Positions 8,447 to 17,373 of a stretch of 32,000 nt of DNA are shown here, piece after piece (positions within the stretch are counted from its first letter, which is position 1; each line of letters opens with the position of its first letter). The DNA comes from an uncultured archaeon (GTDB lineage Archaea; Iainarchaeota; Iainarchaeia; Iainarchaeales; JAAZKV01). The notes beneath the pieces are model-generated. The model had not been told where the DNA came from. It worked only from the letters and a program-made list of their open reading frames with translations, and did no database searches. Where the stretch lies: contig CAZKBG010000001.1 in assembly GCA_964551375.1 (NCBI GenBank), forward strand, positions 60,001-92,000. The letters are read 5' to 3'. The translations under genes were made by a program, and so were the position numbers.

Positions 8447-9256
8447 CTATTTTTTAACAATTTTCACTTCATCAGGGTCAATTCGGTGGCTGTTTGCATA
8501 ATCATGCATTTCCATTTCCGCTTCAGTGATTTGTTTTTGAAGAATTTTTGAAAGCTGGATTGACTCAGCGCTTAAATTTTCAGTCCTCAATAAATTAGCT
8601 TTTTGCGCTTCTCTTTGCGCAATAAACTCTTTTACTGATTTGATTAGCATTTTTGGATTAGTTCTGTATAATTCAAAAGTCGTTGGAATTATGGAAATAT
8701 TCACCGCTGCGTTTGCAAAAGCATCGCTTTTTGTCTGCCTTTGGACAAGCGTGCTATTTGCCATTTTGTGAAGCGAAGTGGCTTCATGCCCGATAAATTC
8801 AATTATGGGCTCCATAAGAGCTTCTCTTGATCTGCCATCAATAGCAGGCATTCTGTTAATAATTTTCATTAAGTAAAATTGCCTTGGCGGAGCCTGCTTA
8901 ATGTTTGTTCCCTTAAAAACAGCTTCCCTTCCCCTTATCATGGATTCCATGAGCCTGAGCACTTGAGGGTTTCTCACAAAATGCCTTGAATTTGCAACCA
9001 CTTGTTTTGCAATAAGGGCTCTTGCAACTTCCTGCGCATTTGAGAATGTTCCTGATTTTTTTCTTAAAAATACAGTGTCATGAGAGCGGATTGTTCCAAC
9101 GCTTGGATTTCCTTTAAGTCTCTTCATCCACCCATTGTCAGCCATTATCATGGTGAGTTCATTAACCTGCCCGTTTCTGCGCAATACAGGCGCGCGGTTA
9201 AATCTTTTTTGCGCTGCTCCTTGCTGAGTTCTGTTATGCGGATGTCCATTAGCCAT
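8447..9256 (-). CDS. Hypothetical basic protein
   Basis: 269-aa ORF with ATG start and TATA-like AATTTAAAG about 28 nt upstream; no family recognised. Confidence 0.65.
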   Translation of the reverse strand: MANGHPHNRTQQGAAQKRFNRAPVLRRNGQVNELTMIMADNGWMKRLKGNPSVGTIRSHDTVFLRKKSGTFSNAQEVARALIAKQVVANSRHFVRNPQVLRLMESMIRGREAVFKGTNIKQAPPRQFYLMKIINRMPAIDGRSREALMEPIIEFIGHEATSLHKMANSTLVQRQTKSDAFANAAVNISIIPTTFELYRTNPKMLIKSVKEFIAQREAQKANLLRTENLSAESIQLSKILQKQITEAEMEMHDYANSHRIDPDEVKIVKK

Positions 9257-9375
9257 ATTACTAATTTTGTGTTTTCGCTTAATTTAAAGGTTTTGGAGGA
9301 GGAAAATATCCTGTCCAATATTTTGAGATTAGCTTTTTGGATAAGCTTTTTAACAACCCTTGCATCAAGTTGTTT

Positions 9376-10161
9376 ATGAGCGCAGGAAAAAAAATGAGGG
9401 TGTTTAGAAAACTCGCCGCGCACGATGCCAAGATTTATGATGCACTACTCCCAAAACGCTCCTCAATTGCTCCTCACTTTAACAATACTCCAGTTGCTTC
9501 TTCAAAACATGTAAAAGTCGCAAAAACAGATCCTGCAAGATTTAGGCGAACAACAAGAGCAAATCATTTAGTTCATGAATTTGCCGCGCAGGTTAAAGGA
9601 GATAGTTTTCAAAAAGCAGAACAAATTGCAAAAAAAGTTCTTGAACAGATCCCAGGCTCTGATACAATTAAGGTAATTGAAAAGCGCAGAATATTCGCCC
9701 GCGGAGCAGGAATAGCGATGGCAGAAAAAAAACCAATAGGGCCTTTTCACTGCGTTGAAAGATGCAATTTAGCACTTGCTCTATTAAACGCATCAGGGGT
9801 AAAATCCTGGCTTGCAAGAGTGATTGTATTTAACCGCAAAATAAAGAAAGTTGAATTTCACGACTATGTTGAATTTTCAGCAGGCGGAGGAGTCTGCACA
9901 TTAATGTTCACAAATCACAAAGGCACAGACAAAAACTTTGTTGTTCTTGAAGGCCCAGTTGAGTTATCAGTTCATTCCGTTGGGAATATGACACTTAGAG
10001 CTCTTGATTCAAAACAAATAGGCGGAACAGGAAACTGGAATGAGTATAAAAGATTTGAACGAAGAATTAGCGGCATGGGATTTTATAGGGAAATTAAAAA
10101 AAACGAGCGCAGAATTGAACTGCTTCAAAAAGAAGGATTAATGCCTCATAGATTATACTAA
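9376..10161 (+). CDS. Transglutaminase-like fold protein, paralog 2
   Basis: KTDPARFRRTTRANH...PIGPFHCVERCNLALALLNASGVKSWLARV...VEFHDYVEF...LRALDSKQIGG is nearly identical in motif blocks to 4864-5562. Start moved from 9337 (TTG) to ATG 9376, 26 nt after a TATA-like CTTTTTAAC. Confidence 0.6.
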   Translation: MSAGKKMRVFRKLAAHDAKIYDALLPKRSSIAPHFNNTPVASSKHVKVAKTDPARFRRTTRANHLVHEFAAQVKGDSFQKAEQIAKKVLEQIPGSDTIKVIEKRRIFARGAGIAMAEKKPIGPFHCVERCNLALALLNASGVKSWLARVIVFNRKIKKVEFHDYVEFSAGGGVCTLMFTNHKGTDKNFVVLEGPVELSVHSVGNMTLRALDSKQIGGTGNWNEYKRFERRISGMGFYREIKKNERRIELLQKEGLMPHRLY

Positions 10162-10170
10162 ACTTAACAA

Positions 10171-10177
10171 TTATATT
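10171..10177 (+). promoter_or_regulatory. TATA-like box (TTATATT)
   Basis: Centred about 25 nt upstream of ATG 10199. Confidence 0.5.
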
Positions 10178-10198
10178 CTCAAGAGCTATTTTTCTATA

Positions 10199-11458
10199 AT
10201 GCAAAAAAGAGCGCAGTGCGTCCACAAAGGACAGGGCGCAATAGAATATCTTCTGATTATAGGCGTTGCAATTCTAATAATTGCTGTAGTGATAATTGCA
10301 GTAATTGGAATATTAGGGCAGGGGCAGAATCAAAAAGACGATTCGCTTAATTTAGCCGGCTCAAGCTACAAAGGAATTTATGATATAATTGATACCATGC
10401 ATAATGCAGTTAAATTAAAGATTCTGCTTAATGTTGGAACTAATGAAATTAAGGTTCCTTCAGATATGTCTGCAGGGGATATATTTTTCTCAGCACCTCC
10501 TGAAGGAACAATACTAAAAAATCTTCCTTGTCCAGTTGCAACTTCTACTTTCACTTCAGGCGCTTGGGCTCCAACAATTGACTCCTGCAATGTTCCGGGC
10601 GGAAGCACAATTATTGTTGATGTTCCAAATAATGGTTCTGAGGCAAATGTTGCTTTTACACTTCCAAATGAAGGGGTTCCTGAATTGATATTCTTTTCAG
10701 GCGGTAAGGGAACAATTGAGGACCCGTTTAAAATTTCCACAATTAACCAGCTTCAAAATATTGACCGCGCTCTTGGGAAAAATTTTATTTTAGAAAATGA
10801 TATTGATGCAAGTTCTAAAGTGGATTTTATTCCAATTGGGGCCAGAAGCGGAGTTCCATTTACTGGGACTTTTGATGGGAACAATAAAAAAATTTATAGA
10901 TTAACAATTAATCAAATAAATGTTGATTCTGCTCTTAATGGATTAGTTCCTGTAAAAGTGACTAACTTAGGTCTTTTTAGCAAACTTGGCGCTGCGGGGC
11001 CTAATCGCGCACAAATTCATGATCTTAAAATTGAAGATGTTAAAATTTATGTTATTCCTGATGATGATTTTTTAGCCGCGGCAGCACAACCAAGTTCAGG
11101 CGGAGCTAATTCGGGGATATTATCAGGGCAAGCTGATTTAGCAAATGTTTCTTTTTCAAATATTGTAATTACAAGAGGGGAAATAAATTACACCTTCATG
11201 TCCACAATAAATCCGGGGTATACTGATGTTTCTTCAGTTGGGTGCTTATTTGGAAAAAACTCCCGCGCGACAGAGGGTAATACTTGTGTTTCACAAGATG
11301 TAAAAGTTACTTTGGTAAAAATTGATACTTTGAATTCTGGGGAGCCTGTGATTCATCCAACGCAAATTAACAATTGTAAGACAGTAAGTATTGTTCGCAC
11401 AAGCGGGCTTAATCCGATTGGTTTTCAAACTAATTGTGTTTCTTCTAATGACTCCTGA
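10199..11458 (+). CDS. Class III signal peptide surface protein with GLUG-like motif
   Basis: KGQGAIEYLLIIGVAILIIAVVIIAVIGILG signal; KISTINQLQNIDRALGKNFILENDIDAS...FIPIGARSGVPFTGTFDGNNKKIYRLTI...NLGLFSKLG matches the GLUG/beta-helix style repeat. Confidence 0.82.
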   Translation: MQKRAQCVHKGQGAIEYLLIIGVAILIIAVVIIAVIGILGQGQNQKDDSLNLAGSSYKGIYDIIDTMHNAVKLKILLNVGTNEIKVPSDMSAGDIFFSAPPEGTILKNLPCPVATSTFTSGAWAPTIDSCNVPGGSTIIVDVPNNGSEANVAFTLPNEGVPELIFFSGGKGTIEDPFKISTINQLQNIDRALGKNFILENDIDASSKVDFIPIGARSGVPFTGTFDGNNKKIYRLTINQINVDSALNGLVPVKVTNLGLFSKLGAAGPNRAQIHDLKIEDVKIYVIPDDDFLAAAAQPSSGGANSGILSGQADLANVSFSNIVITRGEINYTFMSTINPGYTDVSSVGCLFGKNSRATEGNTCVSQDVKVTLVKIDTLNSGEPVIHPTQINNCKTVSIVRTSGLNPIGFQTNCVSSNDS

Positions 11459-11501
11459 TTGAATAGAAAACCCTTAAATTCTCTTAGATTGTATTCTTTT
11501 C

Positions 11502-12464
11502 ATGGCAAGGAAGTTAGTTTTGGCAGTTCTTCTGCTTTTTTTGACTGCGAGTGTATTTGCGCTTTGTGAAACAACTCCTGATAAAATAAAACGAATTGAT
11601 TTGAGTTATAATATTCTTTCAGACGGAAGCGCGGATGCTACATTTGTGCTTTTAGTTGATTATTCCGAATCCTGCTTGATTGAACAATTTAAGGATTCAA
11701 TTGACCGAAATCTTGATTCAAATTTTCAAATAGTTGAAATATCTTCAGATCAAGTATATTGTCCAAAAGAGTTTATTTTGAATAATGTAAAAACCGAGCT
11801 TGGGAACTTTCCTGACGGGCTAAATTGCATTTCAACTTTTGGAAACGACAAAAACACTGTGCGAATGAATTTAACAGGAAAAGCAACCAGTTTCGCAAAG
11901 AAAGTTGATTTGAACGGAGAAAGCGCTTATGAGCTCACGCTTGGCGGGACAGGTTTTATGGCTTCTCTTCCAAATGACAGTTCTCTTGTAATCCAGCTCC
12001 CAAATAATGCTTACTTTGTAAATCACTCTCCATTAGAAGGGAGCACAAAGCAGCCTACTAAATTAACTTGGGCGCCTGTTCCAAGCGAAAAGGTTTTGGT
12101 TAATTATGCTCAAGAAGGCTCAATTTTAATCGCACAGCCGATTGTTCAGCAAAAGGATGATACAAATTATTTGTTAATCTTGATGATGGTGATTTTGGTT
12201 TTATTTGTTTTAGTTATAATTAATGTTCGCTCAAAAAGAGCAAGTATCCCAATTGCTGAGCAAAGCCTTGAAGCACAGCTTAAGGATGTAAAGGACAAAA
12301 TAAAAAATTTAGAGCAGATGTACATGAAAAGAATGATTGATGAAACAACTTACCGCCACCTAAACGAGCAGTATCAAGTGCAGTTGAATGAAGTTGTTGT
12401 TAAGATAAAGAAACAAAATGAAAGCAAAAATCCAGCAAATCCAACTCCTTCAAAAACAGAGTAA
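11502..12464 (+). CDS. Secreted-then-anchored membrane protein (signal peptide, ectodomain, one TM, cytosolic coiled/SHOCT-like tail)
   Basis: MARKLVLAVLLLFLTASVFA signal; TM LLILMMVILVLFVLVIINV; tail LKDVKDKIKNLEQMYMKRMIDETTYRHLNEQYQ. Confidence 0.8.
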   Translation: MARKLVLAVLLLFLTASVFALCETTPDKIKRIDLSYNILSDGSADATFVLLVDYSESCLIEQFKDSIDRNLDSNFQIVEISSDQVYCPKEFILNNVKTELGNFPDGLNCISTFGNDKNTVRMNLTGKATSFAKKVDLNGESAYELTLGGTGFMASLPNDSSLVIQLPNNAYFVNHSPLEGSTKQPTKLTWAPVPSEKVLVNYAQEGSILIAQPIVQQKDDTNYLLILMMVILVLFVLVIINVRSKRASIPIAEQSLEAQLKDVKDKIKNLEQMYMKRMIDETTYRHLNEQYQVQLNEVVVKIKKQNESKNPANPTPSKTE

Positions 12465-12534
12465 AAATAAATAGTGTCCAATTAATTGTGTTATAACTTA
12501 GAAAGTTTTAATGTAATGCTTTTTTTTAACTTGT

Positions 12535-14508
12535 TTAAATTTTAATTTTAAAAAACTCTTCAACTTCTTTCTCAGGCTCTTTAGTATGCACTGCGACAAA
12601 GTCTTTGGGATAAAATCTCTTGTACCTGTCCTCTCCAAACCTTTCATCAAGGAATACGCAAACCCCTCTGTCCGTTTCAGTTCTAATAACCCTTCCAGCC
12701 GCCTGCATTGCTTTATTTATTGCAGGGGCATTGTAAGCATAATCCCAACCTTTTCTAAACTTTTTTTCGCAGTAATTGATTAAAGCGTTTGAGTAAATAT
12801 TCATTTTAGCAAAAGGAATTCCAACAATAATTGCGCAGCTTAAGTAATCTCCGGGAAAATCAAGCCCTTCCGCAATGCTTCCCCCGCTCACGGCAAGCAG
12901 CACTCCGCCAAAACCGCTTCCAAGAGTTTTGAATTTATTCACAAGCTTGGTTTTCTCATCCTGCGTCATTTCCCTCTCCTGCTTTAACACCTGCCTTCTT
13001 GTTTTGAGAAGATTTGCGATAGAGTACATTAGTTCAAACGAAGGGAAGAATACAATAGTATTTCCAGGAACTTTTGAAACAATTTTATCAATCTCGTTTG
13101 CAATATCAAAGTACTGCGTAGAGCTTCTGGCAGTGTATTTAGTAGTGGTTTTAGTTGCGATTAAATTCAACCTGTTTTCTTTTGGAAAAGGGCTTTTGTA
13201 TTCTTTAGTAATCACTTTTAGCGTGTCAAAATTTTGCCCTTCAAGCTCCTGTTTGTGAATTGAAAGCGCAGTAGCCGCTCCAAGCGAATTATTTTTGAGC
13301 CCTGCTTCTTCCTGTTGTTTAGCGTTGAATTTAGAATTTAACTGGGTGACTCCAAAAACATCAGAAAACATCGCAAGCGGCAAGAGGGTTCCAGACATAA
13401 GCACTGCGGAATGAACCTGCGAGAGAACATTACTTGTCATATCAGCAGGATCAAGCGGCTGAACGGTAATGGTGAGCGAGCCCTTTCTTTCAATAACAAA
13501 ATGAGTATGCTCCTTTTCATTATGAATATCATGCAAAAACTCATCCACTGCAAGCAGGTAACAGTTCTCGGTCTTATTTTTGTTCATGAATTTTGTAGAC
13601 GCTTCGCTGATTTTTTCCCTTTCCATAAGCCCTACTTTTCTTAAAAATAGCAAATCAGTTCCTTCAAGCACCGCTTCATTTTTCTCAAGCGAAAGCTTTT
13701 TTCCAAGGTTAAGAATTTCTTTCCCAATATCCTTAATCAAAAACTCCATTTCAAAATCCCCCACATTTTTAGCTTCCTTCTCCGCTTTCTCAATTGCATT
13801 GAGGTCAATGCTTGTCGTCATCATATCCCTAATTCTTTCAGGCATATTGTGGGCTTCATCCACCACAAGAACTATGTCCTCAAGTGCAAGTTCGCTTGGG
13901 CCAAGTATTCCTTCCCTGATTTCAGGGTGGAATAAGTGAGAATAATCTCCAATAACTAAATTAGCTCCCTTAATCATTTCAAGCGTGATTTCATAAGGGC
14001 AAAGCCCCTTGAATTGGCAAGTATCTTTCATATAAGCGTAAGAATTATTGTAAGACTGCAAAATCTCCCTTTTTCTTCTATGCGCAATCGCTTTTTGCTT
14101 TGGAGAAAACCCTTTAGTGTTATTATAGTAACTGCACGCCTTGTCCTTTTTCTTTTTCGCGCATGCTTCATAAAACCCCATTCCCACTCTTGAAATAAAA
14201 GAATCCACGCACATCTGCTTTCTTCCCACAAGATCCACCGCTTTAATTCCAAGCTGGAATTTTGAATTCATCAAATTCGCAGTTTCAAGAACAATTTCGT
14301 GCTGGGAAATTTTAGGAGTGAGAAAGAAAACCTTTTTGTTATTATCAAGCGCATAGCTAAGCGCAGGCGCTAATGAAGAAACGGTTTTTCCTAGGCCAGT
14401 CGGGGCATGCGCAAGAAAAATCTTCTGCTTTGAAACAGCGTGGCTGACATCTTTTACAAGTTCCTGCTGCTCTGCCCTTACTTTTTCATAAGGAAAATAA
14501 ACCTTCAT
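12535..14508 (-). CDS. XPD/Rad3-family ATP-dependent DNA helicase
   Basis: Walker A HAPTGLGKT, DEAH box VVDEAHNMPE, GGSIAEGLDFPGD, AAGRVIRTETDRG; cysteines in RKQMC, FYEAC, KDKAC and CQFKGLCPYE compatible with the XPD 4Fe-4S domain. Confidence 0.92.
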   Translation of the reverse strand: MKVYFPYEKVRAEQQELVKDVSHAVSKQKIFLAHAPTGLGKTVSSLAPALSYALDNNKKVFFLTPKISQHEIVLETANLMNSKFQLGIKAVDLVGRKQMCVDSFISRVGMGFYEACAKKKKDKACSYYNNTKGFSPKQKAIAHRRKREILQSYNNSYAYMKDTCQFKGLCPYEITLEMIKGANLVIGDYSHLFHPEIREGILGPSELALEDIVLVVDEAHNMPERIRDMMTTSIDLNAIEKAEKEAKNVGDFEMEFLIKDIGKEILNLGKKLSLEKNEAVLEGTDLLFLRKVGLMEREKISEASTKFMNKNKTENCYLLAVDEFLHDIHNEKEHTHFVIERKGSLTITVQPLDPADMTSNVLSQVHSAVLMSGTLLPLAMFSDVFGVTQLNSKFNAKQQEEAGLKNNSLGAATALSIHKQELEGQNFDTLKVITKEYKSPFPKENRLNLIATKTTTKYTARSSTQYFDIANEIDKIVSKVPGNTIVFFPSFELMYSIANLLKTRRQVLKQEREMTQDEKTKLVNKFKTLGSGFGGVLLAVSGGSIAEGLDFPGDYLSCAIIVGIPFAKMNIYSNALINYCEKKFRKGWDYAYNAPAINKAMQAAGRVIRTETDRGVCVFLDERFGEDRYKRFYPKDFVAVHTKEPEKEVEEFFKIKI

Positions 14509-14610
14509 TTAAGAGAGAAAGTTAAGCGGGTTTTTAAGTGTTGCTGGGGCACTGTGCCGATTTAGTTTAGTTGTTCGCTTTGTTTATTTTCTTTGATTTT
14601 TGCTTGTTAA

Positions 14611-15153
14611 TTATTTATTTTTATAATGCGCTTCAATATCCCAAGAGCTCCAAGCAAGGCACTCTTTGTCACTAAATCCCAATTTTTTTGCCAATTGATG
14701 AACCGCTTTAATGCTTGGCCCCTCAATTTCCAAAAAACACGGCACAAATCTGTGCTTTCCAAGGTACTTTTCAATTTCAACATGACTTTTTCCTAACTTC
14801 CAGCTGGTTCTGTTCTTATCCATGCCGCCGATTTTCACAAGCCCAAGCGCAGTGAAGATTTTTTGCATATCTTCAAAGCTTCCAATTTCAAATTCAGTTT
14901 CTTCAGCAGTTTTTGCTTTTGCGCTCTTGTGCTTTTGATGTTTATGAGTAAGAACGCACTGCACTTTGCCCTTAGTGTCAGTCATTTTTCTTAATCTTAG
15001 TATTTGCTTGTTTTTCTTTAATCTCCTGTCAGGGTAATCCATAATAATTGCTTCAATTTTTCCTTCAAATGCTTTTTTAGCCCCAAGTTTTGCAAGCCTA
15101 GCCTCAACTTTTTTTTTATTAATCTCAATTATCTTAACTTCAATCTCTTTCAT
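14611..15153 (-). CDS. CYTH domain protein (class IV adenylate cyclase/thiamine triphosphatase-like)
   Basis: MKEIEVKI (ExExK), RLRK, EETEFEI, LGKSHVEIEKY, CFLEIEG. Start placed at the ATG directly preceding EIEVKI; track start is 15177. Confidence 0.8.
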   Translation of the reverse strand: MKEIEVKIIEINKKKVEARLAKLGAKKAFEGKIEAIIMDYPDRRLKKNKQILRLRKMTDTKGKVQCVLTHKHQKHKSAKAKTAEETEFEIGSFEDMQKIFTALGLVKIGGMDKNRTSWKLGKSHVEIEKYLGKHRFVPCFLEIEGPSIKAVHQLAKKLGFSDKECLAWSSWDIEAHYKNK

Positions 15154-15194
15154 AATCTCACATTCATTTCCATTCAATTAATGCTCAATTAAGC

Positions 15195-15204
15195 TTTAAT
15201 ATTT
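15195..15204 (+). promoter_or_regulatory. TATA-like box (TTTAATATTT)
   Basis: About 24 nt upstream of ATG 15223. Confidence 0.45.
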
Positions 15205-15222
15205 CCGTTTCATATTCTAACC

Positions 15223-15990
15223 ATGCCAAACACAATAAGCGGTTTTGAGTTTATGTCTAATCCCATAGGCATTACAAAAAAAGCTCTTTTAAATTTGCCA
15301 AACGACGCTTCAGCATTGATAATATTAATTTCAAATCTTCTTTTCATAATAGTTGCCGTGCTTCAAAACGTTTCCCTTCAGGAAGTATGGCTGGTATATT
15401 GGTGCCAGAGCATCATAATAGGATTTTTTGCGCTTCTTAGGATGCTTACTTACAAACTGAAATCAGATTCTTCAAAAGTTAGTGGAATGAAGGAAGTATC
15501 AAGGATTTTTATTGCAGGATTCTTTGTTTTCCACTACGGTTTCTTTCATTTTGTGTATTTAATGTTCATAGGATTCTCATTTATTTCCTCTGCATTTATG
15601 GATGTCTTCACGTCACCCGGCACTATTGTTGATGCCGCGAGCACTGCCCAGTTTGCAGGGCCAAACATGATGCTTGTATTTTTAGGAGCAGTAATTTTCT
15701 TTTTTGCGCACTTGATTTCATTTATTCTAAATTTTGCAAAAGACAACCAGAAAGAATGGGACTTAGGCGAACTGATGTTTGCGCCTTATTCAAGAATAAT
15801 CCCAATGCATATTTCAATAATTGCCGCAGGATTTATCGCAATGTTCCTTGGGATACCTCTGTCTTTAATGTTTGGAGCATCAGGGGCAAGAGCAGTTGAA
15901 GTTGTAATAATAGTATTTTTCCTTGGATTAAAGGTAGTTCTTGATTTGACTTCGCATGACTCTGCTCACCGCTTGGAGCATAATATTTAA
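15223..15990 (+). CDS. Multipass membrane protein (DUF6498-like, tentative)
   Basis: Several hydrophobic helices (ALIILISNLLFIIVAVLQ, VYWCQSIIIGFFALLRM, FVFHYGFFHFVYLMFIG, VEVVIIVFFLGLKVVLD). Confidence 0.75.
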   Translation: MPNTISGFEFMSNPIGITKKALLNLPNDASALIILISNLLFIIVAVLQNVSLQEVWLVYWCQSIIIGFFALLRMLTYKLKSDSSKVSGMKEVSRIFIAGFFVFHYGFFHFVYLMFIGFSFISSAFMDVFTSPGTIVDAASTAQFAGPNMMLVFLGAVIFFFAHLISFILNFAKDNQKEWDLGELMFAPYSRIIPMHISIIAAGFIAMFLGIPLSLMFGASGARAVEVVIIVFFLGLKVVLDLTSHDSAHRLEHNI

Positions 15991-16024
15991 ACAAAGGTTG
16001 AAGCATTATATAACTGGTAAATTT

Positions 16025-16522
16025 ATGCCTAATCCTCCATCAAGAAGAAGTGTTCGCAAATCGATTACCCGCCCGCTTCCAAAAGGAATGCCTAACGCAG
16101 AAAAACTTGCAATCCTTCGCGAGCGAGTGAAAACTGCAAGAGAACTTGCAAAATCCCCGCGTCCTCTTCCTCCAAAAATGATTGTTGCTGCCCTTGCTGC
16201 GCGCGGAAAATTAGGCGTTAGTTTTGCTGATAGAAGAATAAGCGATGTGATGCGAATCGCCCAAGGGAAGAAACCTTATGCTGGAGTAGCAAAGGCGCTT
16301 GTGAAGATTTGGAAATGGCAAAGAGACGGCAGAAATGAAATGATTCTTGAAGACCATAGAATACTTACTCAAATAGCAAATAAACTCAGAAAAGCTGAGC
16401 GCCCAAGCTCAAAAAAATCCCCTCTTCCTCTGACAACAAGAGAGAAAAAAGTTTTGCGTGATTATTTGCTCAGGCTTGACAAAAGCGGAAAAAATCCTGA
16501 GTTTGACTTGTCAGGCGATTAA
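16025..16522 (+). CDS. Hypothetical basic protein
   Basis: In-frame ATG at 16025 (MPNPPSRRSVRKS) preferred over track start 15956, which overlaps the upstream gene. Confidence 0.6.
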   Translation: MPNPPSRRSVRKSITRPLPKGMPNAEKLAILRERVKTARELAKSPRPLPPKMIVAALAARGKLGVSFADRRISDVMRIAQGKKPYAGVAKALVKIWKWQRDGRNEMILEDHRILTQIANKLRKAERPSSKKSPLPLTTREKKVLRDYLLRLDKSGKNPEFDLSGD

Positions 16523-16655
16523 AAGTAAAGCTAAATTAATAAAATCAAAGCTAAAGTCAAGTCTAAATCCAAGCGCTGATTTTTTGTTAAAAATATTTGT
16601 TGATTAAAGCAAAACTGCTTTAATCAAATTAAAAAGTTTGAATTGTTTTTTCTAT

Positions 16656-17012
16656 TCAATCAATTCTTACTGTAAGTTCTTTTACTTTTTTGCTTTGAAC
16701 GTACTGATAAGAGCCGTTGTAGTGCTCCGCAACAAGGATTGTAATAGTCTCCACTCCTCTGTCAGCATTAGCCGCAGGGTAAACGTGGTAATAATCCCTG
16801 ATTCTTTCGCCCGGTTTAAATGAGTCAATTTTCTTGGTTATTACTCTCATTCTTCCGCCTTTATCAAAAGCAAGCATGTCTCCCCCTCCGATTTCAAGGG
16901 AAACCATTTGTACCTTATTTGAGCCATTAACAAGCTCAATCATTAACTCCAAAGGCTCTCTTCTGGAAAGAACCATTCTAAAGGGAATTAATTCAGCCTT
17001 AACATCTATCAT
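16656..17012 (-). CDS. BsuPI-like beta-sandwich domain protein (tentative)
   Basis: IDVKAELIPFRMVLSRREPLELMIELVNGSNKVQMVSLEI...FKPGERIRDYYHVYP has the look of an Ig-like/proteinase inhibitor BsuPI-type domain; start could also be GTG 17036. Confidence 0.55.
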   Translation of the reverse strand: MIDVKAELIPFRMVLSRREPLELMIELVNGSNKVQMVSLEIGGGDMLAFDKGGRMRVITKKIDSFKPGERIRDYYHVYPAANADRGVETITILVAEHYNGSYQYVQSKKVKELTVRID

Positions 17013-17158
17013 AACTACCACCGAAAAGTTATACACTTAATACAAGGGTGGTTATTAAACATTTCCCCTTTGGAAAAAACAAAACTAAAGTTATGTATTA
17101 GTCTTGCCTGTGGGGCTGTTTGCAAAACTATTTATTTGCAAAAGTGCTAATGGTAAAC

Positions 17159-17311
17159 ATGGCTAAATCAAATAAGTTGTCAAAAAATCAAATGATTGCG
17201 GTTGCACTCTTAATCGCTCTTGCGTTGCAATACGTTCCAGTAGTTAATGCGCTTTCCATAATAGGCTCGTTAATTGTTCTTGGAGCAGCAGTTTATTTAT
17301 TGATTAAGTGA
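17159..17311 (+). CDS. Small membrane protein (two hydrophobic segments)
   Basis: MAKSNKLSKNQMIAVALLIALALQYVPVVNALSIIGSLIVLGAAVYLLIK. TATA-like TTTATTTG about 26 nt upstream of ATG 17159. Confidence 0.65.
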   Translation: MAKSNKLSKNQMIAVALLIALALQYVPVVNALSIIGSLIVLGAAVYLLIK

Positions 17312-17373
17312 ATAGGCAGGCATAATTTTTTCTGCCTGCATTAGTTTTTATTAAGAAAAGCTGGTATTATTTT

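Noticed and set aside
12586-14252. Several small ORFs overlapping the helicase gene
   Set aside because: The helicase frame carries all expected motifs; the overlapping ORFs are composition artefacts.
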